DNA of 64,000 nt from Amphiscolops sp. MND2022 (lineage: Eukaryota): positions 3,908,001-3,972,000 of the forward strand of contig OZ076409.1 of assembly GCA_964187785.1 (NCBI GenBank), written 5' to 3'. Below, one piece after another: positions 14,186 through 25,899 of the stretch. Each line of letters begins with the position of its first letter. Position 1 is the first letter of the stretch. Both the position numbers and the translations under genes were made by a program. A model generated the notes under the pieces. It did no database searches. It saw nothing but the letters and a program-made list of their open reading frames with translations, and was not told where the DNA came from.

Positions 14186-14890
14186 CTGATAAATGATAGT
14201 TATTGTACCTCTTATTGTTTATATGTTATACATCTTACACAAGTTATAGGCCTCAAAAATGCAGTTTCAAATTTATACTCTCAGACATATTCATGAAGAC
14301 GTATCATTGATAAATGAGAAAAATTAAAGACTATTCAGCCTAATTTAAAATCATAACTCAGAAACAATTGGAACCACAACCCAATCAACATGCAGTAAAG
14401 TTGTGTAAAACATAAATTATCGACAAAAGTCAAGTATTATAGATAAAATTGCTGCTAGTGGATTTAAAGCTTATAAAAATAGAAATTATATGATTCTATA
14501 TGATAACTGGAGCCCACAAATTTACAACCTATGATGAAAGTGAATCTCTCTATTTAAACGTTGCAAAATCTAAATTAGACGTATTTCAGAATACTCATTC
14601 CAAATCGCCAGAAACTCTAGAATTCGAACACACTAAACAAAACAATATTTTTTTCCAATATTACCCAGGAGTTTTCTGAAAATTGCATGACGGGACTTAC
14701 AAGTTCAGAAGTATGCATTACCGTTAAAAAAACGCCTACCATCAACAAACTTAAAATTCTTCTAAAAGACGAAAAACTCAAAGAACTTGGAATTAACACT
14801 CAATAGGAAAAGACCAAATACCCAACTACAGGAAATATTCGAAATTTCCAAGCAAAAACCAACTTTTAAAAAACCAATATTACTATTTAT

Positions 14891-15073
14891 TGTATTCTGT
14901 GAGAATATCTCAATTGAAAACGTTTGTAAAATAACAATGTTTTTTCTAGCTCAAAAAGCATTGTAATGAGATCGTAACGAGTCTTCATTTTTAGAACTAA
15001 ATGTTTGTTTGGAAATACGAACTAAAAAGGGCAACATTTGTTTATCAACAGTTCTCAAATAAGCTATTCTTCA
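14891..15073 (-). repeat. Gypsy 3' LTR
   Basis: TG...CA direct repeat of 18504-18667, adjacent to the PPT. Confidence 0.9.
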
Positions 15074-15146
15074 TTTCCCCCTCTTTGTTTGGATGAGAGG
15101 TATCCAATTGATTTCCGTTGCCGTCCAGGTTGATGCTGTGGTCAGT

Positions 15147-18100
15147 TTACCGTCCACGTCTTGGTGCAGTATCAGGGTGTTCGTGATTGGCATAGTGGTT
15201 TTCCATTGACTGGAACATTTGTGGTTGTGAGCGGATTACTGGTTGTCTTCGCTTTTCCGCTCCGGCATTTCTTCTGTTGTCTCCAGTAGTGGTGACAGGT
15301 TTAGACGTTTTGCGGTGTTTCCTGTAATCAGATTGATTAACTGGATTATTTAATCTAATGACTGGATTTGTTTTCGTTAATCGTTTTGACCGGCGTAGGT
15401 TAGTTTCTTGTGCTTTTTCTAAATTATCATCGATTTCGGTGCTAGAGCTAAGGTTACTTGCTAATTCTAGATCTGAATCAATAGTATTAGATACCTTACC
15501 GTTTATGTCTTTAATATGGAGGTCTTGTCCTGACTGTTGAGTGTCATTGATGACCTGTTCTATGTCGGATTCCGACATGTGTTCTGCGTTGATTGTGAGG
15601 GGCCCCATTGGTTTATTATTGTTTATTCCCGGTTGTTTCTCTGGTGAGGCTGACTTTTCACGGTTTCTTTAAATTTTGGTTTTCCCCTACCAAATGTTCC
15701 GCATTTTCGATTGTTTGGTGTTTCCGGGCTGGTGTCCAATTGCTCGTCTTGTGATTGGGATGGCTCGAGAGTTGCTGGTGACTTGTCTTCTTTGCGGGCA
15801 AATCTTCCGTCCGGTCCTCTTGGTCCGGTTCCGCTGTTGGAAGTTTCCTGTTCAAATGTTGTAATTGGTTTACTGATTAGTTTACGGTGAATAATTTTTT
15901 TTCGGCTGTAGTTACGGTATGGTTAGATTCCTTCACCGCTGTTTGTAAATGATCGGAGTAGGGACTTTCAAATTTTGATCTTTCCGTTCGAAGAACTGAA
16001 ACGGGTATTTACTAACCGTCTTGGTTGACTTTTTCTTTTGTTTCATAGGTAGATGGTCGGAACTACTGCCTTCTCCACTGAATGTGCAAACCTGTAGGGT
16101 TTCTGATTTTGCTGAAGCGGAATGGTTATTGGTTAATTTTTTGATTTCTTTTAATTTTAACATATTGCTCAGCTCCGTGTTCGGTTCTCTACCGAAGTGT
16201 ACTTCGAATGCTGATTTTCTCAGTCTAGTGTGTGGGGTTGTTCGCATTACTCCTAATGCCAGATCGAGCGCTTTTCCAAATGGTTCGCCCGCTTTTATAT
16301 TAGTTAGTAAGTTTTCTTTTAGTGTTCTCACCCCCCGTTCTACTAAACCGGTGGGGGTGTGTATTTACGGTGTCCCGTAAATCAGTGAGATAAAATTCTT
16401 TCTACAGAATTCTCTTAAGTAGTGACCCGTAAACGCTGATGCTTTATCGGTTCTAATCGTTTTTGGTATGCCGTTTAGTTGGATGTATTGTTGAAGGAAA
16501 TTTACCGCCGTTTTTCCGTCCGTTGATTTGCATAGACTGGCTGCCGGCCATTTACTGAACCGGACCATTTATGATTTGTGATTGGTTAAAATGGTTGCTA
16601 AGGCAACCAATTTTAGAAACAAATCCGTAGTGCGGTGCTATGCTGTTAATGACATATTCTTCTTCGTATACGTCATCTTTTTGCGCGGGTGCGATTGGAT
16701 TTCAACTCAAGTAATCGGTAAGCGCTAGATGTTTTCCGGCGATATGGTTTACGTTTATTGTAAAATGTGCTAGTCGGTATAGCCGGCGCGTTAAGCGCGC
16801 GCTGTATGTTTTGTTAGAGCGGTTGCGTTTTATTAGCGGTTCGAGGGCTTGATGGTCCGTCAAAAGTTTGACGGGTTTCACGTACATGTAAAGACGAAAG
16901 TGTTCTAGACCCCAAACAACCGCTAGTAATTCCAACTCGTTTATTGCATATTTGTTTTCTGTGTCCGATAGAAATCTGCTTTTGAACGCTATCGTTTTTA
17001 AATCTCCGTTATCTTGTTCTTGCCAGAGAGTTGCGCCTAAACCTTTTGTACTGTCGTCTCTTGTTTTGGTGTTCGGTCGAACGGGGCTATAGTGAGCAAG
17101 GCACGATATTTCCGTGATTTTGCGTTTTAATCAGTTAAACGCTTCGGAGTGTTCCATGGTCCAGTTCCATTTATTTTTCTTTTTTACCAACTGTCTTAGT
17201 AGGTCCGTTTGCGTTGACAAATTTTCGATGTATTTTGACAAATACTGAATTGCGCTTAAGAAACATCTAAGTTCTTTTTCGTTTTTTGGTTCTTTCAGTT
17301 CTTGTATTGCTTTTTACTTGTCCTGTAACTCTCTGATCTGATACAGTTTTGGTCAATTTTATGACCCACCTATTCTATTTCGGATTTGAAAAAGTCTGAT
17401 TTGTTTTCGCTGAGTCTGTAACCTGCCTTTTCTAATTTAGTTAATACCTCGGTTAACTCACGTTTGTGTTGCTCTTTTGTCCTTTTTGTGACGATTAGTA
17501 TGTCGCCTAACCACGCCGGGTGTTTGTTCTCCAGTGCTTGGTCAATCTTTTCTTGAATATTGGTCGGAATGTCCGCCAGTCCATAGAAACCTTTTCTCAG
17601 TCACACAATTTCGCGTAGTGACTGATTTTTCCGCAATTTAAGCATTTCTTTGCTTTTGCCGGACAATCGTGAAGCTTGCTCCAGTTTGGTGCGCCGCATC
17701 TGATACAGTCGACTTTTCTGAGTTTGTTCGGTTTTTCTTTTTCCCGTTTTTGGTAGTTTCGTTTTCTATTAACGTGTTTTATTTTTGTTTCTTCTTCTGA
17801 ATCTCGTGATTTGTTCATTTTTTCGTACATGGATTCGTGGATTGTGTCGGTGATAGCTTCCACCGACAGGTCTCCTTTTTTGATTTTCTTCTCGAGATCG
17901 TTGTCTCCAGTTGTTTTTCCGATGACTGAAAGGAATTTTCAGGATAGTAATTCTGCTGCAGTTATTTCTTCGAATTCGCAGTTTTTTTCTATTTCCAGAA
18001 TTCGCTTCCACGTTTCGACTGCCGATTCTCCCGGTTCTCTTTTCAGGTTAAAGAAATCGGCTCTGCTATGATGTTTGTTCCGCTCAGGGACAAAATTTAG

Positions 18101-18430
18101 TCTGAACAGTGCGTATAGACGGTACAATGGTAGAGAAGTTGGTTTTCGTCATTTCTGTTAATGCTGACTGCCCGATTGCCCAGATAAAGACGTCTTTTAT
18201 TTCCTCTTGTTGCTCCCTGTATTGTGGCAACACTTCTTTGGAGTTTGTCATTTTTGGTATGTCCAACTCTCGAGTCACTTTTATGTATTGGGTAAAGTTT
18301 CTCTACCAGAGCTTTGCACTGGTGTGGTCATTTTTCTCCAGGATCGGCATAGGTAACTTCTGGGTAGTCGTCCGTTCAACCGATCGTGTGGTGATATTGT
18401 TTGGTTGCGAGCGGCTGCTCGTTTCTCCAA
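15147..18430 (-). pseudogene. Gypsy gag-pol remnants (Gag knuckle, partial RT, RNase H, integrase core)
   Basis: CLNCGKISHYAKLC knuckle; RT remnant KGFYGLADIPT...; RNase H ELLAVVWGLEHFRLY..LLTDHQALE..HIAGK; integrase GIPKTIRTDKASAF..GLVERG. Protease, RT N-terminus and integrase HHCC finger are deleted. Confidence 0.88.
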
Positions 18431-18487
18431 TGGAGTTGTTTGGTTCGTCTTCTCTTGTTGTGAAGTTTTTTTCTAATAGATCAGAAT

Positions 18488-18500
18488 GTTGACTGCGCCA
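18488..18500 (-). promoter_or_regulatory. Gypsy primer-binding site (tRNA-Ser-like)
   Basis: TGGCGCAGTCAAC 3 nt inside the 5' LTR end; resembles the tRNA-Ser PBS of insect gypsy-group elements. Confidence 0.75.
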
Positions 18501-18503
18501 TAT

Positions 18504-18667
18504 TGTATTCTGTGAGAATATCTCAATTGAAAACGTTTGTAAAATAACAATGTTTTTCTCTAGCTCAGGAAGTATCGTAATGAGATCAAGCTTCAGTTAT
18601 AGAACTAAAGGTTTGTTTGTCTATACGAACTAAAAATCGCAACAGTTCTCAATTAGGCTATTCTTCA
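18504..18667 (-). repeat. Gypsy 5' LTR
   Basis: Direct repeat of 14891-15073 with small indels. Confidence 0.9.
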
Positions 18668-18884
18668 CTATTGAACAAAGAAATGATTTTAATTTTGTAT
18701 TTCAATTAGAAACAGACATAATATCAATGAAATTAGTTTTATCAACCTCAAACCACACTCATTTTATTTCAGACTTGACGAATTCCTAGGATTTCAAAAC
18801 ACACACTTCTCAAAAGGAACTCATAAGTCAGTAAAAACAAGTCATGATTGCATCAATAGACAACGTTCATCTGCAGTGTGATTG

Positions 18885-19740
18885 TGTATTGGTAAACCTA
18901 TAATCCAGTTCTTAATCATCATCACGCACCCACATCATGTGGATGTCTAAACTAGAAACACACATTCCGAATTTTAATGTATCTAATTGATATTCGATAC
19001 GTATTTCACCCTCTACATCACTTTTGATTTCTAACCATTCACAAAGATAACAAAGACTTACCATCGAGGTCTCATCATTCTCAGAGCTAAAACTGCAGCT
19101 CCTAAAGGACTGTTCATCTCTGAAACATTCTAAAACAACAAAACAAAATAAAAGTACTTCAACTGGTGCGACCAAAGCAAATCAATTCTTTTCCTCCTTT
19201 TTTTACCTTCTGTACTAATCACAAAAGTAATTCGGAATATTTGTCGGTACAATTTCATCTCTTCTATACTAATCACTATTCAAACGTTGTTCAACCTCGT
19301 AGTCGGTACAACTTCACCGCTTCTGTACAAATCACCAAATGTGATTCAGCATCTTCTGCTGGTACATTTTCATTTCGGTACTAATCAAGTTGGTTCGACA
19401 TCATGTCGGTACAATTTGGGTAATAACCATCTTTGATTCAATAATTTCATCGGTACATCCCTTTCGGTACTAACCAAATTCTTCTTTGTTCATCATCTAT
19501 GTTGGTACACATAATTTCGTCGCCTTTTTCTGTAACATTAAATACCTACCTTAAATGATTCCGTTTGTGTTCTTACGATTTCGTTGCATATTTTTGGACT
19601 TTTTTCTCCTAGTCGACATATTCATGCTTGATTTCAATCCCCGATAAATGTTTGAGACTCCAATCAATATTTTCGAGAGAAAATCTAGCTACCATCATCT
19701 CTTTTGTTTCGCTTGTTTCATTTTTTACGCTTGTCTTTCT
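18885..19740 (+). mobile_element. Gypsy-family 5' fragment, copy B
   Basis: Collinear with 22481-23330 (shared cggtac-rich block) and with ~600-820. Confidence 0.6.
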
Positions 19741-21210
19741 CTCGCAACCTGAAACAGGCATTTGTCCTGTTTATTTTGACAATGCTAGGAATTTATCCTC
19801 TTTGCCCTTTCTGCAGCAACGACTGTTACCAAAATTTGAATAATTTTTTCAGCAAAACGGAACCCGCAGATCATAATTTCCCAAGTCTTGATTAGTACGT
19901 TTGAGACCAATCTATCTGTTGCATGTTGTCAAGCACATATGTATTCTAGGGGTTCAAACGACAACACTTCAACAACAAAACTGCAAAGTCGCATCTGTCT
20001 GAGAAACCAATGCAACTTCAGTTGGGTGTAACTTGGACTTCTTATCGTGCAGATGGTTTCAATTGGTGGCTTTGAGATTTCGAGTTGCTCTGATTTGACC
20101 TCCTCTTTGTTGGAGAGAAAAACTACTTGTCTCCTCTAGTTCGCGATTCAGGCTGGCTTTTATAACGTTTTATCAGATAGAAACAGAGCCAACTAGCACT
20201 TCAATCCAGATTACACTTTTTTCAAAAATCTAAATTCCCTCTCATAAAATTATTGAGTCCATCACAAACTTGGCAAAACGATTTTGATGTTGCAGTTATT
20301 TTCAGGTTGATTCATAGTCGCTTGTATAGTTTGGATTCGCGGAGAAATCAGCAACGACTAGCTCCCTCAAGTTGAGTATTGGCTTGGTTCCTCTTGAAAA
20401 GCAGTCGTGTAGTAATTTGAGATTGTTGGTTAGCTCAATTTGCGGAAATTAGTGATGGTAATCGGCGGATCATCGTGTTGTTCAATAGTCTTGTTTTCTT
20501 CCAAAAATGATTCAGCAAAACTCACACGAAGCGATAATTAAACAAACCAGGGCACCAGTGAACAACCCGGTTGCTATGATCAACATTGCCAGTCGAATAT
20601 CGAACGCCTGAGTAGCCTTATCATCTTCACTTTGTCGTGTAGCCTTGCTGCTGGAGCCAAGGTTTGGGTGTCCCGGGAAGCTTGTTTTTGGTCCTCGTGG
20701 CCTCTCGAGGTCATCTGAAACAAAGCCGTGTTTCCAAATCTCGCAGTAATCCTTCACTGATGAAAAATATGAATTTCACACTCCCTATTCTGTTTCTGGG
20801 AAAACCAATTTCCGTTGCCTCTAAGAATGATTCAGGTTGTTTTTTGACTGACAAATGACTCACTTCGGAGAGGGGGTCACGGTTAACGACCGACTCTGTT
20901 CGTACAACTGTTTCGAAAGACTGGAGAGTAGTATTATAGAAATCTTTATCCGTAACAGCCAGACAGTTGAACCTAATAATATTTGCAAGATAAATCATCA
21001 AAAATTAGCCATTTTTTACAACAAAATACTATCAACGTATAAATCGATGAAGAAGTTTTTTCAATGAAAAAATTTTTCATGAAGAAGAATTCTTTAATTT
21101 GGTAGTAATAATTTTAAAAACATAACAAATTAAAACACCTAATTTCTTCGATGAACATAGTCTAAAAATTGACTGTTTTATGACTAAAAGAAGTTGATGA
21201 TGAATTTTGA

Positions 21211-21560
21211 TTGAAAAATGAAGCAACTTCTAGTGTGAAATTAAAAGCAATCTTTAATGAACCAAATATTCTAGGTGTAATAAATATGCGAGATGATGCT
21301 TTTATCAATTATAGTGGCATAGTTACCTTACAACCAACTAAAGGAACACATTGGGTTATGTTTGCTGATGAGTTTTTTTTATTCACATGGCTGTCAACAT
21401 CCAATAACTGTAGTATATCAAAATTTTTGAGGTATTCAATCTAAAAATTAAATCCAGAAAATTGATACTTATTGAGCCTCTTTTTGTTTATACGCTTTAT
21501 ATCTTCACAATGTCTAGGCTTCAAACATGCCAATTTAAATGTCTACTCTCAGACATACTC
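21211..21560 (+). pseudogene. Adenain-like cysteine protease pseudogene, copy 2
   Basis: GIVTLQPTKGTHWVMF, frameshift to FYSHGCQHP, then IQKIDTY*ASFCLYALYL. Confidence 0.7.
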
Positions 21561-21788
21561 ATGAAGATGTATCATTGATAAATGAGAAAAATTACAGAAT
21601 GTTCAGCTCAATTTAAAGTCATAACCCCGAAACAATCGGAACCACAACCCAATCAACATGCAACAAAGATCAACATGCAAGAAAAATAATGATGAAATAT
21701 CAACAGAAACACAAGAGTTTTTAAATCAAATTGCTGCTAGTGGATTTAGACATTTTTTAATAGTAACGAAATAATTTCTATACGATAA

Positions 21789-22480
21789 ATGGAGCTATCA
21801 AACTCTGTAATTGATGATAAAAAAGAATCTCTCCATTTAAACGTTGCAAAAGCTAATTTAGACATAGTAGAGAATACTCATTCTAAACCACCAGAAACTC
21901 TCGAATTTGAACAGACTAAACAAAAAGAAATTTTCTATTCAATAATACTCTGGAGTTTTCTGAAAAATGGATGGCGGGACTCACAAGTTTAGAAGTATAT
22001 AGTACCGCTTATAATATAACTCCCGAAAACAACAAACCTAAGACACTGCCAACAGACGAACAACTCAAAAAACTTGGTCACTCAATAGGTAATGAATATT
22101 GAATATTTATATAAAATCTCCTATACCAAGTTCGAAGAAAAAGCTTATACTTTTATGGTTGATAGTTATTTTTAAACAGAAAAAACTTAGTAGAAGAAAA
22201 TTTGACCAACGAATGAAAGTACTTGAAATGTTTACACAAGCACCAACTACACAATAACCAATACAACTCTTAAAAAAATTGATTCTAATTTTGAATTTTT
22301 TGAAAAGCAGATACATTATCAATGAAATCAGTTTTAACAACCTCAAACCAAATTCATTTTACTTCAGACCTTGACAAGTTCCTAAGATTTATAAGCACAC
22401 ACTACTAAGAATAAACTCATAAATCAATTGAAACCAGTCTTGATTACATCAATAGACAAAGTCCATCTGAAGTATGATTG
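21789..22480 (+). pseudogene. Penton/minor-capsid-like pseudogene, copy 2 (3' truncated)
   Basis: ENTHSKPPETLEFEQTKQ...WMAGLTSLEVYSTAYNITPENNK...KPVLITSIDKVHLKYDCV. Confidence 0.55.
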
Positions 22481-25400
22481 TGTAGTGGTATACCTAATCA
22501 AATTGTTAAACATCATCCCCCATCCAATAAACGAATGTCTAAACCTAAAATACGCACTTTGAGTTTTAATGTATCAGACTTAAATTCAATACGTTTTTTA
22601 CCATGTAAATCATTTCTTTTAGTTTCCAACCATTCACAACGATAATGAAGTCTTTACCATCAAGTTGTCATCGTTCTAATACCTAATACTGCAGCTCTCT
22701 TTGAGTCTTTCAATGTACTGCTCGTTTCTCAAATAATATAAAATAGCAAAACCAAATAAAAAGTACTTTAGCTGGTAGCAAATCCCTTCTTTCCTTCTTT
22801 TTCTTCTACTTTCTGTACTAATCACAAAATTGATTTGGGATATTTGTCGGTACAATTTCATCTCTTATGTATTAATCACTATTCAAAAGTGGTTGGACCT
22901 CGTAGTCGGTACAGTTTCATCGCTGCTGTACTAATCACTAAGTGTGGATCAGCATTTTCTGCTGTTATTGTTTCACTTGTCAATAAAGTTGGTTCGTCAT
23001 CCTGTCGGTACAATTCCGGTACTTACCAACTTTGTATCGATTTTTTTATTGGTATATCCCATTCTGAACTGAGCAAATTCTTCTTTGGTTCAACATTTCT
23101 GTTGGTACACAAACAATTTTATCGCCTTTTTCTATAACACTTAAATGCCTACATTGAACGATTCCGTTTGTATTCTCATAATTTTGGTGTAAATTGTTCG
23201 ACTTTTTGTGATCGTTCTCCTAGTCTGCAATTCCATGATTTACTTCATTTCCCAATAAAAGCTTGAGACTTTAATAAATGTTTCCCACCGAAAATCTTGC
23301 AACCATCATCCTTTTTGCAATGCTTATCTTTCTCATGCATCTTGTTGAAAAAATACTTGCATCTCATCTTTCTACTTGATCCATCACCTTTCCATTCCCA
23401 GAATTTCCATCAATCTTTATCTAAACTCCATTCTACTAGAGAAACCAAACTTTACCTTATTTTACCATACTCATTTCCAATCTTTCCCTTCTCTCAAAAT
23501 GTTTTCTTCATTGTTTCTCCTAGTGTCAAGCTCTTCTTTCGTTTAAACCCAAACCCTTTTCTAGCTGTTTTACAACTAACAGTTGTGACCACAATTTTAT
23601 TACTTTCCTCCAACTCAACTGAGGAGAAGTCCTTCAGCCCGCAGTTTTTGCCCGAGAACCACATCACGCACGCCACCGCCCAGTTTACCAGCAAGCTCAA
23701 CATTTGTCAGATTTTATCTTTATCCTTACCTCTCAGCATATTCGCATCAACTTCGTCAAAAAGTTCATCTTTATTTTCATCATCCTGCTCCTGAACTTTC
23801 TATAGATCTTGGTATTCTCTGAGACCGCATTTCACGATATTTTAGTCCTCATTGCCATTCCCGATGTCTAACAACCCTCCCCTTCTAATTCCTCTTCTTT
23901 TTCCTTTGATGACTCTCACCAACGTCTTTCGCGAGGAAGTACTCAACTAATAACAAAGTTTCCAAGGAATTTCATTTATAACTCAATTGAACCCCTTTCT
24001 TTTGAAACATACCCTGCAGATTTTTTTACCATACCTCTTATCCGTGAACGTCATGATTCATATTTTTATTACATAGACAATCATTCGGTAACGGAAACTC
24101 GTGATGAAATTCCTTTTTCCAGTCTTTTCCTTTCCACTCAACTCTTCGAAACAAATCTATCCCAATAATATTTACGTACATACTGCCCAAGATTGCAACA
24201 TTTCTTAAAAAGCTCTCTGACAAAAAGAATATTCTCTCTCAACATGTTTTGTTCACCATACGCTTTTGATGTTATTCTTCAAACAGAAACTCTTTTTGAT
24301 CTCCCTAATCTTGAACACTTTCGCTCTATAGAAAACAATCCACACGATTGGCTTCAAACTGATATACTTCAGATTCATCATTTGCAATACCTTGTTTTTC
24401 AGAATATCACACTGAATACTCAGACTGAAGAACAAATTAAAATCTACTCTGTTTTTCTTCGGACTTTTTCCCGACATACCTACCAACTTGTTTGGGGTTC
24501 TAAATTCCAAGTTGCTTGTCTTTAGTTTCCTACACAATTTTCTTCGGGAGAACTCCTCGCTTTTATTGCTGATTCAAAATATCATCACCCTCATATCTCA
24601 ACCTCCTTGATTTTCCACTACTAATTTTACCAACCTCATTTGTGACAACCTTAGTCCCAACAAAAGTCTTGAACTGCCTCCTCCTGATAAGCCATAAGCA
24701 AAATATCTCCTCAACAAACACTTCCTTCCTCGTCAAAGGTTTTAATCCATACTCACCCTATTGGTTTCCACTGTGAAATGGAAACCAGGCAAAGTACGCA
24801 ATTGTAGAGAGTGTAAAGTGGACATTTACTGTAGTTTGATCACTACGCGTAAAACCAAATCACACAAGGTAACGAGCAAAACTCGTAACGCGTATCAGAA
24901 AAAAACGCGTTCTATCGGCTGTTAATCAAACTAGCAAGCTCTTGCTAGTTCGTTGCGGCATATGTATCGTAATGCAACCTCATCAATTTGAACTACCTCC
25001 TCCAACTCCGATAAATGAAGTCATAACTACTCAGCCTTTTACCTCACATTCACTACACCAAATGAAGACTCCACCTGCTCCTCGTCCTCCAGGTTCTGTC
25101 AGCTACTCTTCAGCAAAATGCTTCTAAAAAAAGATACCTTATCTGAAACGCCACCAGTAAATGCAGTACACCGTTAAAAATCCAAATTTTAATACAAGAG
25201 ATTGCTCCTTTTGTCAAAAAAAACCCATTCGGTATCCACTTGTTATCGTAGACTAAGTATGCTTGAAGATCAAAACTTCAATCAAAATCACCTTCCCTCT
25301 CCTATCACCAACACTTTGAATCTCCATATATTGAATATAAAAATTACACTTCTCGCAATTGTAGTTGAAGTAATAGTAAAAAATATAGAAGACCTTCTCG

Positions 25401-25899
25401 AGAATCTCGATTTACATCTCGTTTCTTTTCCCAATCTGATTATCGCTCAAGATAATATGACAGACAATCACATTATATCATTCCTCAAACTCCGATCGTA
25501 ATCGATCTCGCTATGATCAATAATACAAAAAATCTCCTGCTCGAAAATATTATAATTCCCACTCCCAATATAAATCCAAATTTTCTGGTAATCGTAATCG
25601 AAAGTACTCCCGTTCTCGTGGACGCTCCTCTTACAACAATAGTTACAATATTTGCATTTTTAGACGATATAAACAACCATATCGTTCACCTTTTAAACCA
25701 CGCACTTATCGTTATAGAAGCCTATCACACTCAAATTTTAATATACACTAAAATTACACGTACAAAGACACTCTCAATCTTACTCAACAAACTCTTTCAT
25801 CCTCTCATAACCAGAATTTCTCTGAATCTAACTTCTCCGCTACAACTCCTTCCTCTTTATTTGTATGTCTACATGTTTTTAAACCCCCTGAAGGCTCAT

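Larger units (their letters stand above)
5505..14295 (+). pseudogene. Adenain-like (peptidase C5) cysteine protease pseudogene split by the BEL/Pao insertion (5505-5763 + ~14191-14295)
   Basis: Left half reads GIVNLLETKGAHWF...SNGCPHP...YSEYQIQKN; right half continues DSYCTSYCLYVIHL. This matches the His (GxHW), Asp (FDSYG-like) and Gln/Cys (QxxxSxCxxYCL) motifs of Polinton/adenoviral proteases. Confidence 0.7.
14891..18667 (-). mobile_element. Ty3/Gypsy LTR retrotransposon, internally deleted (~3.8 kb)
   Basis: Short LTRs 14891-15073 and 18504-18667 (minus strand TGAAGAATAGC...GAATACA); PPT CAAAGAGGGGGAAA (15074-15087); PBS; imperfect 4-bp TSD ttat/ctat. Confidence 0.92.
14530..18884 (+). 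pseudogene. Polinton-type minor capsid (penton)-like pseudogene split by the Gypsy insertion (14530-14890 + 18668-18884)
   Basis: ESLYLNVAKSKLDVFQNTHSKSPETLEFEHTKQ...MTGLTSSEV, then after the insert MIASIDNVHLQCDCV. Collinear with 21789-22480 and directly downstream of the protease. The penton assignment is from remembered family motifs. Confidence 0.55.
19741..22480 (+). mobile_element. Polinton/Maverick-like remnant, unit 2 (uninterrupted)
   Basis: Provides the empty-site version of both LTR insertions in unit 1; contains protease and penton-like remnants. Confidence 0.65.
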
